A stretch of 62,682 bases of DNA, the filler included, from Globobulimina sp. (Eukaryota): NCBI GenBank assembly GCA_003354225.1. It is 26 parts of 26 records of this genome, joined end to end, with 100 filler letters (N's around TTAATTAATTAA, not from the genome) between each part and the next. Parts side by side here need not be neighbours in the genome. Positions count along the whole stretch, not along the records: positions 36,232 to 38,546 come from PIVH01007449.1; positions 38,647 to 40,960 come from PIVH01007450.1; positions 41,061 to 43,374 come from PIVH01007451.1; positions 43,475 to 45,788 come from PIVH01007452.1; positions 45,889 to 48,202 come from PIVH01007453.1; positions 48,303 to 50,616 come from PIVH01007454.1; 20 more parts are not named here. The stretch is one strand, 5' to 3'. Made by a program: the position numbers and the translations under genes. A model generated the notes under the pieces. The model saw only the letters and a list, made by a program, of their open reading frames with translations, was not told the DNA's origin and did no database searches. Positions 38,465 to 49,854 of the stretch are shown piece after piece. Position 1 is the stretch's first letter. The number at the start of each line of letters is the position of its first letter.

Positions 38465-38855
38465 TACATTACCACTTTATAATAAGACTTAAAAATAAGT
38501 CCGCTTGTATAAAAGCTATATTTATACTTTGTCTTTACTACTACTANNNNNNNNNNNNNNNNNNNNNNNNNNNNNNNNNNNNNNNNNNNNTTAATTAATT
38601 AANNNNNNNNNNNNNNNNNNNNNNNNNNNNNNNNNNNNNNNNNNNNTGCAAACAATATACGGTCATATGACAACGCTATACTGTCAGATAGAAACAATAT
38701 AGGGTCAAATGGAAAAGGTATTTGTACTTTGTAGACTTGTACATACAACAGTATATTGTTTCAGTTGTACATACAACCTTGTTTTAGATTTATTGGATGG
38801 CTCCGAAATTTCTTGCCATATCTAAATATATTAAAATCAAAAACTAAATAAATAG

Positions 38856-39020
38856 GTTCATAATGATAACGCCACGGCAATTCCAACAAATGGAGGTTTA
38901 GAATATAGCTATCCGTCAGTTTTACAAAGTGGAGATGGAATAATACACTCAAGTTATACCTATAATAGGCAGACAATAAAATATTTACAATTTAATCAAA
39001 CATGGGCTCTCCTCGGATAA
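38856..39020 (+). CDS. Last exon of a BNR-repeat (sialidase-like) protein
   Basis: After an AG acceptor the frame reads EYSYPSVLQSGDGIIHSSYTYNRQTIKY, the typical C-terminus of BNR_2 neuraminidase-like proteins. Not listed in the ORF track. Confidence 0.7.
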   Translation, partial: VHNDNATAIPTNGGLEYSYPSVLQSGDGIIHSSYTYNRQTIKYLQFNQTWALLG

Positions 39021-39035
39021 ATTGAATGCGAAATT

Positions 39036-39222
39036 ATCACAAGTCAGAATTTGTGTTGCAAAAAAATTCCTGAAATCTGAAATCACTTTTACTGCCGTCG
39101 ACACGCTTATTATTCGTTTCAGGTTCTTGTGAGCAGCTCAACGTACAACAGAAACGTTTCTAGATTTCAAGATTTCAGATTTCAAATTAAGTTTTTTTGC
39201 AACTCAAATTCTGACTTGTGAT
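39036..39222. mobile_element. MITE-like element, 187 bp, 31-bp terminal inverted repeats
   Basis: ATCACAAGTCAGAATTTG(T/A)GTTGCAAAAAAA is inverted at the two ends (1 mismatch), with an inner TGAAATCTGAAATC / GATTTCAGATTTCA pair. Confidence 0.75.
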
Positions 39223-39438
39223 GGTTAATTTATAAAAAACTTGTGTTTAAGCAATTTGTGTTCCTGTCTATTTGATAATTATGGTAACAGTTCTGATTAA
39301 TGCATTTTTGCTTTATAAATTATCGTAAACATTAATCTGTTTTTAAACAGTCACAAAATAGATTCTTACGGAAAAGCAAAATTGCCTAATATTAATGTTG
39401 AGAAAACAAAAAAGTCGACTTTTTCATAACATGAAAAT

Positions 39439-39852
39439 TTATGATTTTAAACAATAATTGAATAAGAGTACAATTATGACCACTGTCATTAAAATTGTTA
39501 TTGACATAATAACCATAGTCGCCGTGTTTGAATCATTCCCATCTTTTGGTTGTATTTGATCTGCAGCAAATTGCGTAGATTCCTGTTGGAATGCGGCTTC
39601 CTCGAGTTCCGCCAGCCGCTCTTTTTCCTCTGCCTCCTGATGGATTGTGTCATTTGTTTCTGGCACTTTCATTTGTTCAATGCTTGCAGTTACCATCGGA
39701 GCTCCGTCTGCAATCCTTCGGTAACGCAGCTTTGCTGCATCAAACTCTGCGATTTCTGCATCTAACTCTGCGATTGCTGCATCTGACTCTGCTTCAGAAC
39801 CATTTGTTATCATACAAACTAGTGCTGATATTATGAGGATTGCCAACATCAT
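39439..39852 (-). CDS. Small signal-peptide protein with a C-terminal TM anchor
   Basis: Hydrophobic N-terminus, acidic middle, C-terminal MVIMSITILMTVVIIVLLF. Confidence 0.6.
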   Translation of the reverse strand: MMLAILIISALVCMITNGSEAESDAAIAELDAEIAEFDAAKLRYRRIADGAPMVTASIEQMKVPETNDTIHQEAEEKERLAELEEAAFQQESTQFAADQIQPKDGNDSNTATMVIMSITILMTVVIIVLLFNYCLKS

Positions 39853-40028
39853 AGTGTATTAACAATGAAATAGTGATTGAAAATATTGAAATATAATTGC
39901 GTGCGAACAACCGTAATTACAATTACATAGCCGAATTAATTTTATGCAGCTACCTGCTCTGTGTACCATGATTTTTTGATGTGAGCATCATGATTTTATG
40001 ATTTTTTGAAGTGAGCTAGCCATCGATA

Positions 40029-40625
40029 ATGTTCAAATTCAAAGACCAGAACATGCTGGATCTGTATCGGGAATTTAATCCTAACATTCTGCAAAGAATG
40101 ACAAATCCCAAACACAAAGACGATTCTCTTCAATATTCAGAATTTGTGGTGGTAGCAGCTACGCTATTGGCTGGGTTTTGTGTCTCTACATTAACCGCAT
40201 TGCCTGAAAAAGAACGTTTGAATACTTTGGAAGTTACAATGTATGAATTAGTAATTATTGGTACTTGTTGTATAATTTTGTTGTGTTTAATGGCGATTCA
40301 AATCTCTGCCATTGGCCCCTGGTTTCATTGTCGAGGGTTACCGTCATATCCACATTCTCGTCGAGGTAGACGTTTGTTTAATTTTGCTGTAATCGGATTT
40401 GGATTAATGATGCCATTCACTGTTTTTGTTTTCATTCCAAACTGTTTAAAGCATGCAAGAGGTGCAACCTGTACAGTGGTTGGAATATTGGTTATGATGG
40501 CATTCGCATTTCATAAAATAGGCACTGGCTCTGCCAATAGGGCATCAAAAAATGCTTACAAACAATATTATGATATTGAGGAAGATCTACAACCTTGGTT
40601 TGTGGCGATGGATGATCGAAATTAA
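40029..40625 (+). CDS. Four-TM membrane protein
   Basis: 198-aa ORF with four hydrophobic helices; VVAATLLAGF starts TM1. Confidence 0.6.
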   Translation: MFKFKDQNMLDLYREFNPNILQRMTNPKHKDDSLQYSEFVVVAATLLAGFCVSTLTALPEKERLNTLEVTMYELVIIGTCCIILLCLMAIQISAIGPWFHCRGLPSYPHSRRGRRLFNFAVIGFGLMMPFTVFVFIPNCLKHARGATCTVVGILVMMAFAFHKIGTGSANRASKNAYKQYYDIEEDLQPWFVAMDDRN

Positions 40626-41266
40626 ACATTTGACATTGCTTTTAAATTTAAAATAATGCTACTGTCTGCTATTTAATCTTCTGATAAAATACTAAAAAAT
40701 CCGCCTAATTTAATTCCAAAACGTTTCTCATCAAACGTAATTAGTTGACTATGATTGAGAAACGTTTTGTATCAAACGTTTGATGAGAAACATTTTAATG
40801 AAAGTGATTTTGAAAATTAATATAAAACTATTCGCGTTTATGCTGTCCGTGCTAGTAGTACTGGGGCTGGGGCTGTTGTAGAAAAAAAAACCACCACTGG
40901 CACTAAAAGAATTTATAAATTACTGTTCAGTTTCTTTAACATTTTAAAATATTTGACCAANNNNNNNNNNNNNNNNNNNNNNNNNNNNNNNNNNNNNNNN
41001 NNNNTTAATTAATTAANNNNNNNNNNNNNNNNNNNNNNNNNNNNNNNNNNNNNNNNNNNNGTTTGCTTGCTAATTTTTGCTTTTTTTTGCGTCAAAATCA
41101 TTGTGTTGATTGCTAGTTTTTGCATCATTCGATCAACAATTTTGCATTGAGTGTCTATATCCATATATGATAAATATACAATATTAACAAAATTAAAATG
41201 TACAGCAAAATTTATGACCATTGTCCGGCCGTCGTGACATTGGTAGTGTTTTGAAGAAAAAACATA

Positions 41267-41378
41267 CTTTGGAATAGGACGTGTTAGAAACAGCTCGTTT
41301 TGGGAAAATGAACCACAAAATGACTTGCGAATGTGCGAATTTTTAAAACGAACTGTTTCTAACACGCCTATTCTAAAG
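41267..41378. mobile_element. 112-bp MITE flanked by TA (Tc1/mariner-type non-autonomous element)
   Basis: Left TA|CTTTGGAATAGGACGTGTTAGAAACAGCTCGTTTT; right AAAACGAACTGTTTCTAACACGCCTATTCTAAAG|TA. TIR ~34 bp with few differences. Confidence 0.75.
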
Positions 41379-41392
41379 TAGTAATATTAGAA

Positions 41393-43374
41393 TTGTTATA
41401 TAAAAGTTTTTGGAAAAAAAACGCTTTTGAGCTACTTTGGACAATTGATCACACTGTGAATGGCATGCAAATAAATACTGTTTGCAATATATTTTGTTTT
41501 AAAAACCTAAAAAAATCATCAAATCATGAACAATTAATTGAGCAATACCACCAATGCATTAAACCAATCATTAATGCACAAACACAGCAATCGGAATTGT
41601 TAATCATTAATATTTATATTTGTTTGCCTATTTTATGCCAGAATGTACAATAATACATAGAAAAAAGCTCACACGAACATATGGTCGGCCTTTAATTCGT
41701 TTGAGCAATAATTTGCAAAAAGAATTATCGACAGAAACAAAACAAATCTCGCAGAACGTGGTCAAAATCCGTCACACTTTGTTACAGATTGCATTTCTGA
41801 CCGATCAATGTTTAGTGAAATTGCAATCTGTTTTAAAAATGAAGCAGTGGTCAATCGAAAGAATGTGGAATAGTTTCTTATGTCGTGCTGTTTCATATAG
41901 ATTTGTTAAGTGAATCCTTGCGCTGTCATTTAATATATATTTATTTCCTTATTTCCGTGCAATTAAACAGTGGGATTTACTAAATATTGAATGTGACATA
42001 TTTTTGGATTATTTAAATTGTTTACCTTCTGAATCGTTTTCCAACGCTGATTTTTCCGAATATATTTCCCTACGAACCTCAAATATATACAACAAATCAA
42101 GAGCTTTGATCGAAATTAATTTTGATAAAAACTATAATGAATCCATCAAATTGTTACAAAGATCCATTAAATTATGCTGCAAACACATGGATATCGACTG
42201 GAAAATATCATATTTAGATCGGACCTTCAGAGTCATCAACAAAATAGTTACTGATTTTTGCCACCATCACACTAATAACACCGAAGAGTTTGCGCTGAGA
42301 TCTCAAGCTTTATATTGTTTATTAATAAAAAAAAAATTGACCTGTGAAAAAAACGAATATCCCGAAAATATCAATGCGAATTCGACAAAAAAACATGATT
42401 CGAATATAACTTTTTGGGATATCACATTTCAATATATGCGATTTGTAAAAAATAGATATAACGAGACCGATTTAATTCGTTTTCGAAAAATAATAATCGA
42501 AATTTATATGCAATATAATTCGCAACCAATTGGAAGTGAATACGATATTAATTTTATTAACCTTTGCATTGATTACATAATGAGCATTGGTCAAAGCGTC
42601 GCAAAATTAAAAATTGAACTTTTATCCAAAATCATGCAACAATTTCTAAAATATATTGAGAATTTAAATGCAAAAATAGAGCTTGGAATGATTTTAAATA
42701 TCGTTATTTCTGTGGCCATCTCACAAATGGCCATCAAACATGATTTTGAATGCATTAAAAATGCAAATGAAGCATGGGATAATACATTAAAATTATTAAC
42801 AGAAAATAAGGGTTTATTTTGCGAGAATAATAATACTGATTTATGGCGATTATTATCGAAATCTATTCGAAATATTCCCTATTTTGCCAGACATATTGAA
42901 GATGGATATTCCTTTAAATCTGGGCAGAAATACCACAGTTTGAACGCACGCGTTATAAATTTATGCAAAATTGTTGTGTTAAATGTGGAACAATTATTTC
43001 TTATTTGGACTGGTTGCAATGTACAAAGCGTAGGTTTGCAAACTGACAAATTAAAAAACGCAAACCATCGATTGTTTGATACCTTAATTACAATTTTAGC
43101 CATTGAACAGTTATATTTTTTATTGCAAGTAAATGATAAACATAAAAATGAGCTAAGTGCCGTCGATGAATATATATTAAATATTTGTGACATTTTGGAT
43201 TTGTTGAAATTGACTAAACATTATTTATGTGACACCATTTGCGATCCGAATTTGTTTAAAAGTTTAGCCACAAAGGGATATAATATCGCGGTGCAAATAT
43301 ATAATACACACAATTATTACGAGCACGTATTAAATATCACGGAGGTTATTCGTAATTTGTGCGCTCAGTTCAAA
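41393..43374 (+). CDS. Large multi-exon alpha-helical protein, possibly separase N-terminal region; start uncertain; 3' truncated
   Basis: Three collinear ORFs linked by GT-AG gaps. SIERMWNSFLCR and KGYNIAVQIYN are only weakly reminiscent of separase. Confidence 0.4.
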
Positions 43375-43474
43375 NNNNNNNNNNNNNNNNNNNNNNNNNN
43401 NNNNNNNNNNNNNNNNNNTTAATTAATTAANNNNNNNNNNNNNNNNNNNNNNNNNNNNNNNNNNNNNNNNNNNN

Positions 43475-44317
43475 ACAGTCATTTATACTGCAAATCTTAA
43501 TCTATTGAGATATTCCAATCAAATAACTACCAATATTACTGCTGTGGGCAATACGTCAATGATAATGAATGGTACAGCCGTAAGATTTGATATATTCGAT
43601 GATGATCTTAACAAATTTCAAGCATTCGGCACAAATGAATATTATCTCGCAGTATCTAACAATTTTGATTTGGATTTTTGTGAGGTAAGCAAACAGGCAG
43701 TGATAACTGGAGAGGCTATATGGGGCTTAACAATTTATGTTATTATCGATAGATTAGAGACTGCAGAATGGGATTATCCTTTTTTTGGCTTTGATGATGG
43801 CACAGTCGATGCAGATTGGTTTTATGGGCTTATTGAAAATGTTTCTATTGATGTCCAATGTGAATTAATTGATTATGATTATTGTATTTTAGATGTTACC
43901 GAACAAATGACCAAACCAATTGATTTACCATTTGATATAGAACAGTTTATTCAAGTCGAGAACCATCAATATATGTTATTGAGTTCAGAATTAGGGACGG
44001 AATGTAGCAGTCGATGGGAGACTATGTGTATAGATTCATTTGATACCACTGGTTTATGTCAAGCATTGCATATATCGCCATTTGCGTGTACCAGACAAGA
44101 ACATAACTCTTTGTGGGCTATAATATCTTTGGCATTTGCGAGTTCTTCGCTAGCATCGACTGTTTTAATTTGGTTTATGGGGAAATTATTTGAGCGATAT
44201 TCAAAACCTGTGGTTGAAGATGATTCTAAAGTAGAGATGGATAAAAATATTGAAATGCAAATGGCAGAAACTATTGATACAAATGACAAAGAACAACACG
44301 AGACTCAGAATGATTAA
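43475..44317 (+). CDS. C-terminal part of a membrane protein
   Basis: Long ORF near the contig start with Cys-containing ectodomain, TM LWAIISLAFASSSLASTVLIWF and acidic tail. Confidence 0.55.
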   Translation, partial: TVIYTANLNLLRYSNQITTNITAVGNTSMIMNGTAVRFDIFDDDLNKFQAFGTNEYYLAVSNNFDLDFCEVSKQAVITGEAIWGLTIYVIIDRLETAEWDYPFFGFDDGTVDADWFYGLIENVSIDVQCELIDYDYCILDVTEQMTKPIDLPFDIEQFIQVENHQYMLLSSELGTECSSRWETMCIDSFDTTGLCQALHISPFACTRQEHNSLWAIISLAFASSSLASTVLIWFMGKLFERYSKPVVEDDSKVEMDKNIEMQMAETIDTNDKEQHETQND

Positions 44318-45152
44318 TTATCTGTGATATTTGCGTTTTTGCGGCATTCTTGTATGATATTTTCGTTTTTGCTGTTTTTGCTGTTTTTGCGGCATTCTTG
44401 TATGATATTTCGTTGTTTTGTTTTATAAACATTTCTGAATCATGTCGTTATAGGCTTAGTTCGATACGAAACCATCTGATTTGGTTTGAAGACAGGAGTG
44501 TGACGAGTGTCTGGATGTGGCGGCCCAAATGTATTGATTGGTTGATTCAGCACAAACAATCAATCAAAATGGAACAAGTTTAACACTTATTTACGACAAA
44601 ATGTCTGATCATAAACCTTGCTTTATGTCAATTACAACTGTAAACATGTGTTTATGTACAAAATTAAATATATACTGACTCACAGACTCAGGTAGGATTC
44701 AAACCTACATCCATGTGCATTATAATTACAACATTTCATATGATGATTTCTATGTTGATAAAGTATCGTTTATGAGGATATAAACACTGTAAAAACAATA
44801 TGTTTTAAAAAAAAAGCAAATGAAATTAATGTTGGTGGAACAGCATAAGCTGCAGACACATGCTCTATCATAAACTCGTTGAGCTACTGAGTCTTTTTTA
44901 TCAATACCTGATATAATATGTTGTATTTAATGAACGAAAATACCACTCGTAATATATTGTGGGAAACAACATATAAATGAAGAAAAACGAAAAAACGAAA
45001 CAAGTAACAGGAAAAAGAAGAATCAATTGAGGATGCATTCACAACACCAAATCCATTGGAAAACAATCAAATTCATTACCCGAGCAATTTTGCATCAAGT
45101 TTGAAGTTCCTGATTCGTTCGAATATCATCTTTTGAAAAACTTTTCTGAATC

Positions 45153-45788
45153 ATGTCGTTAGGTTTAGTTCGATATGAAAGCATCATACCACTAATCAAG
45201 ACCTGCACCAAAATAGAAGCTTGTAATGCATCACAAATATCACAAATATTAGGTGACATTGTCAACAAATTAAACCAAAATAATTCTGTTGATCTATGGA
45301 TTAAAATGTTAATATATGGACTGAATAAAAATTGTATCCGAATATCCACTGATTTATTGTATGAAATTCAATTAATACTTTCAAATCACATCAATGTTGC
45401 ACCACAAATGAAACACTCAATATCATTGCTCCAAATTCCCCACAATTTACAAATTTATATTTTCGCACTGTTGGAAAATGAGGATTTAAATCCATTAACA
45501 ATGTCATGTACGCAATTAAATATATTTAATATGATTTATAACAATCGATCTGAATATGATGATGGTGCGCGAAATGCTCATAAGGCCCTTTGCTTATTAA
45601 CAATATACAAAAAACTAAAACAGTTAAATACAGCTCAATTATCGCAATGTATGAAGAAATTACCACAATTATTTGAAAAAAAATCATCATTTCATGTATT
45701 TATTAGTATATTATTAGCTGCATTCAGTAAATATCATTGTGAGATATCTGCCATTTTATTTGATGAAATTCTATCCATTTTACCAAAT
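45153..45788 (+). CDS. F-box-like protein with duplicated helical module, 3' truncated
   Basis: SLLQIPHNLQIYIFALLENEDLNPLTMSCTQL is F-box-like and is flanked by two similar helical blocks. Confidence 0.55.
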
Positions 45789-45888
45789 NNNNNNNNNNNN
45801 NNNNNNNNNNNNNNNNNNNNNNNNNNNNNNNNTTAATTAATTAANNNNNNNNNNNNNNNNNNNNNNNNNNNNNNNNNNNNNNNNNNNN

Positions 45889-47566
45889 GACCCAGTACCC
45901 ACAGCTAAAACAATCCCACAGACCGTCAATGCTCCGGCAATATCATCTGTTCCAAACAAACCAAATGTAACATTACCAACAATGGACCCAAATCTACCGC
46001 ATGCTGCAAAAAAACCATACGAGGTCGAACGAATAAAAGTCGGTGCCAAAGCTGTGGACACCACATTGAGCGAACTCCAGGCAATCACTGTCACCCCGTT
46101 GAACACACACATTGTCGCCACAATTTCCTGACCATTGTGCAAATACGGAATGGCAATAATAGAAATTGCACCCAATCCAATTGAGACTGCCAATGCTGTC
46201 CTAGCATCACAACAGTATTCCAATAGCCACATTGTCAAAATTGCGCCAGGGAATTGTGCCACACTCGTTAGGATGGACGATTTATACTCATTCACTTGAT
46301 TTATATGTTGGAAGTATGTGGGAAGCCATTCAGCTAAGCCATAAAATCCATAACTGAATATTTTTAATTTGCATGCATCAAAATATAAATACATAATACA
46401 TCGTTTCTATATATACCTTAATGCAAACCATACAATGGACATTAATATATGCGAACGTCTGTATTCTCTAGAAAATAACATCAATGTTTTCAGCCAAACG
46501 TTGTGGAATTTAGCACAGAAAGATTTTGCCGAACCACCTTTATAGATTGGCTTTGGATCATTGATAATGATCGATGTGACATCATCATCCGTTTTATTGT
46601 CATCGCTGCTGTACTTAGCATATAACTGAGCCAATGAGTGCTCATCAGTGTCATCCTCCGAGTCTTGCGCCAAAGCAATGTCATCAAGTAACAAAAACTG
46701 AGTGTCCGATGCATCCATTCCATCATTTTTGACCCATTGTTTTAATGTTTCTGCATCAAACATATGTTTTGCATCTTGGATGGGAATGGAAGAATAACTT
46801 CCATTCATTTTTGCAATGTTTACCAGTATTTTACTGGCTTTCACATAATTATGTTTCGAATAAAGTAGCCATTTCGGTGAACAATCCACAAGGTCGGAAT
46901 AAAAAGAAAACGAAGCTAAAAATGCGGGGAAACTGCATGGGATTAAAAATAATCGCCAACTTTCAAAAGAAATAGAACCAATATGTAGTGTGTCAATATT
47001 TGGTATAATTGCATAGGCCATTAACGATGTTAATGTTGCGCCGATTGGCCAGGAAACAGCCAACAACGCCAAATACTTTGCTATTTTTGTTGTTGTTTTG
47101 TGTATAATTATTGCACAAAGATACATAACACAGTAATACCTCTTTTTTCTTTGGGTAAAAATTCTGCCGCATAGCTAAAGTTCACAGGTATCGAACCACC
47201 AACACCTACGCCACTGCAGAACCGCAATACTAATAACATATAAAAATCATAAGCAACACAGGATAATAAACCGAATATAGCATTAATTAGCAATGAATAG
47301 AATAATATTTTTTTTCTACCATATTTGGGTTGATCAGCCATTGAGCCCCATAGCCATCCGCCAATCAACATTCCTAAGAATATTATTGCTGTTAATACGC
47401 CTTCATCGAAATTGTTCATTCCTAAATCCTGTGAACCAGAAGATATTACAAATGATATGGCAACAATTTCAACTGCATCCGCAGCGTTGGCCAATGCACA
47501 ATAAAATATTAAAAAATAATGGTATTTTCCAACTCCGATCAATGATAATAATGCTTCGTATCCCAT
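45889..47566 (-). CDS. MFS transporter, SV2/SVOP-like; introns 47081-47139 and 46354-46416; start uncertain; 3' truncated
   Basis: IGVGKYHY...ANAADAVEI, GMLIGGWLWGSMAD..YGRK, RFCSGVGVGG, YAAEFLP, SWR, PTFIRSTSYG...GRFGSIVG. Both introns restore the frame. Confidence 0.9.
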
Positions 47567-47813
47567 GTCTTTCAAAAGAGTATATTTTAGTATCGATATC
47601 ATTAAATTTTGACAGTACACATCATTAACTTAGAATTTCCGGAGGAGTATTATCCTGTTTTTGAATGCAAATCATACATAAAAACAACAAAGAAACGAGA
47701 AGCAACAACTTAACTCCAATCAGCGACCTGGTTTCAAGTGAATCTTCACGCGCTCTCATGCGCATTAACGTTGCTAGTAGAAAAGAAAATATGTCTCTAG
47801 CTTAGATACTACA

Positions 47814-48202
47814 ATGTCAACTTTCGTTAACTTTTGCATGGATGATTCGTTAATTTTCGATATTAGTTGCTTAACATTACAGTGTATAGCGTTAATTATA
47901 TTGTTAACAATTGGAGTAACATCAGTTTTACAAATCAGAAGAGCAACAAAAACAGAAGACAGTCAAGACACAACAATCGAACCAATATTTGCATGGTTAT
48001 TATATGTATCAATTTCCATATGTCTTACTGAATCAATATGCAATATTTCACTTTTCTTTGTATGCAACGTCAACATTATATTTGCTGTATCATTGACATT
48101 ATTTTCAATGCTTTTTCTATTAATTCTTGGCATTCTAATCATTAGATTGTATGTTGTGTTCCAGGGATCACAGTATGAATTATCGCGGAATAAAATGATA
48201 AT
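47814..48202 (+). CDS. Multi-pass (GPCR-like) membrane protein, 3' truncated
   Basis: Three TM helices ending in ILIIRLYVVFQGS. Confidence 0.5.
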
Positions 48203-48302
48203 NNNNNNNNNNNNNNNNNNNNNNNNNNNNNNNNNNNNNNNNNNNNTTAATTAATTAANNNNNNNNNNNNNNNNNNNNNNNNNNNNNNNNNNNNNNNNNN
48301 NN

Positions 48303-48767
48303 GCCATTATATTGTATACCGGCACTGATTGTAATTATAAAATGTGCGAAAAGCAAAGAAGTAACGATTATATTACATGGAAGTGGTTTGATTATTGCTT
48401 ATTTAATGCAATTGAGTTATTGTCAAGGAACGAAACTGGGAAATTTGCATTGTATTCAGGTTTAAACAAAGTGAAATTGGATCGATCAAACGTAAAGAAT
48501 GGCTGTTTCAAAACGTATCAGTCGTCATCGTGGAAAGTGGATATTGCAAAAGCATTTGTATCGAATGGGTGCGGAATGATACTTGTAATGAATGAGGAGT
48601 TCAGAAAACATACATCGTCATGCGATGTGTCATGGATTTCAAAGTGGCCGAAAGAATGTGAGGTGTTAATATCACGGACTTCAACCACAAATAACAATCG
48701 TTTTTCGTTGCAAGTCGTTGATCAAAGACCGAATAATATACAAATAGTGTCGTTACATTGGAAGTGA
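48303..48767 (+). CDS. ADP-ribosyltransferase-like domain, 5' truncated
   Basis: AIILYTG...LYSG...TYQSSSW..DIAKAF...GMIL...CDVSWISKWPKECEVL follows the ART R-S-E motif order. Confidence 0.75.
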   Translation, partial: AIILYTGTDCNYKMCEKQRSNDYITWKWFDYCLFNAIELLSRNETGKFALYSGLNKVKLDRSNVKNGCFKTYQSSSWKVDIAKAFVSNGCGMILVMNEEFRKHTSSCDVSWISKWPKECEVLISRTSTTNNNRFSLQVVDQRPNNIQIVSLHWK

Positions 48768-48840
48768 GGGTAGTAATATTTATTTAATTTTCTTTACATT
48801 AACTGTCTTAGTAACTTCACACCTCACTCACTTTAAAAGC

Positions 48841-49854
48841 ATGTCGTTAAGAATTGTTTTATCATTGTACTTAATAACATATTTAAATATTTGTCGTGCT
48901 CTGTCACTTCCAAACTGTTCTGTATATTTTGCCAAAAATATATCAGATTCAGACATAGTTTTATTGCAAAACAAGAATTATGATGGAATTGCTGCAAATA
49001 TTACCTTTTCGATTGTATATGTGGTTGGAAACCAAACTGAGTACCAACTAGTGATTGATTTATTGTCCACATCCTTTAAACAAACAGTCAAAAATGAATA
49101 CAGCAACATTAGCGACGAACAAATTGTTATTTATCACGTAATGACAGAGCAACGTAATATTAGTAACGCAGAGCAGTTTACCTTTGCAACAAGAATAGTT
49201 ACAGTATTTTTAGCATATTCAATGAAAGAATTACAAAACATAAATAATTTTACTTTATCAACATTTGGAACGAAATTACAAAGCATATTGAACCATACAT
49301 TAAATACACAAAATATCAAATCATTAAAGTCAATCATTGTGAATGCGGATCAAATAAAAATAAATAATTTCAAAATAGACACAAATGAGTTATACGACAT
49401 TAATAATGTGGCACCAAATAATAAGGAACATAGTATTGACAAAGAATTGTTGTGCATATTTATTGTGGTTGCAATTGTGACAATTGTTATTATTTCAGGC
49501 TTTGCGTTATTTTTCATGAAAAGAAATGCCGCCAAACGCAAAGTGGTGGATTTCGTGGAAATACCATTGATACAAAGTGATATATATAATAAAAATAATA
49601 ATGAATCTGTTGCATCTGTACCAGCATTCAAAATGGAATTAAATCGTCAAAAATCATATAGTGCTAAAAGAGAGAAAATAACATCATATGATTTTGACAC
49701 ACCGCGATATGATGGGAATACCATATATAATGCTCCTGATATTGCCAACGATGAAGTTGATGACTATTTAGCTAACAACGATGATGAGGATGAAAATGAT
49801 GATATGTATACGTATGCACCATCAGAGGCCACCAACGACACTCCACACCAATAA
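48841..49854 (+). CDS. Type I single-pass membrane glycoprotein
   Basis: Signal peptide, several N-x-S/T sites, TM LLCIFIVVAIVTIVIISGFALFF followed by MKR, acidic Tyr-containing tail. Confidence 0.7.
   Translation: MSLRIVLSLYLITYLNICRALSLPNCSVYFAKNISDSDIVLLQNKNYDGIAANITFSIVYVVGNQTEYQLVIDLLSTSFKQTVKNEYSNISDEQIVIYHVMTEQRNISNAEQFTFATRIVTVFLAYSMKELQNINNFTLSTFGTKLQSILNHTLNTQNIKSLKSIIVNADQIKINNFKIDTNELYDINNVAPNNKEHSIDKELLCIFIVVAIVTIVIISGFALFFMKRNAAKRKVVDFVEIPLIQSDIYNKNNNESVASVPAFKMELNRQKSYSAKREKITSYDFDTPRYDGNTIYNAPDIANDEVDDYLANNDDEDENDDMYTYAPSEATNDTPHQ

Noticed and set aside
40718-40796. Small inverted repeat (AAAACGTTTCTCATCAAACGT / ACGTTTGATGAGAAACATTTT)
   Set aside because: Real but short, with no clear TSD; not enough to call an element or RNA gene.
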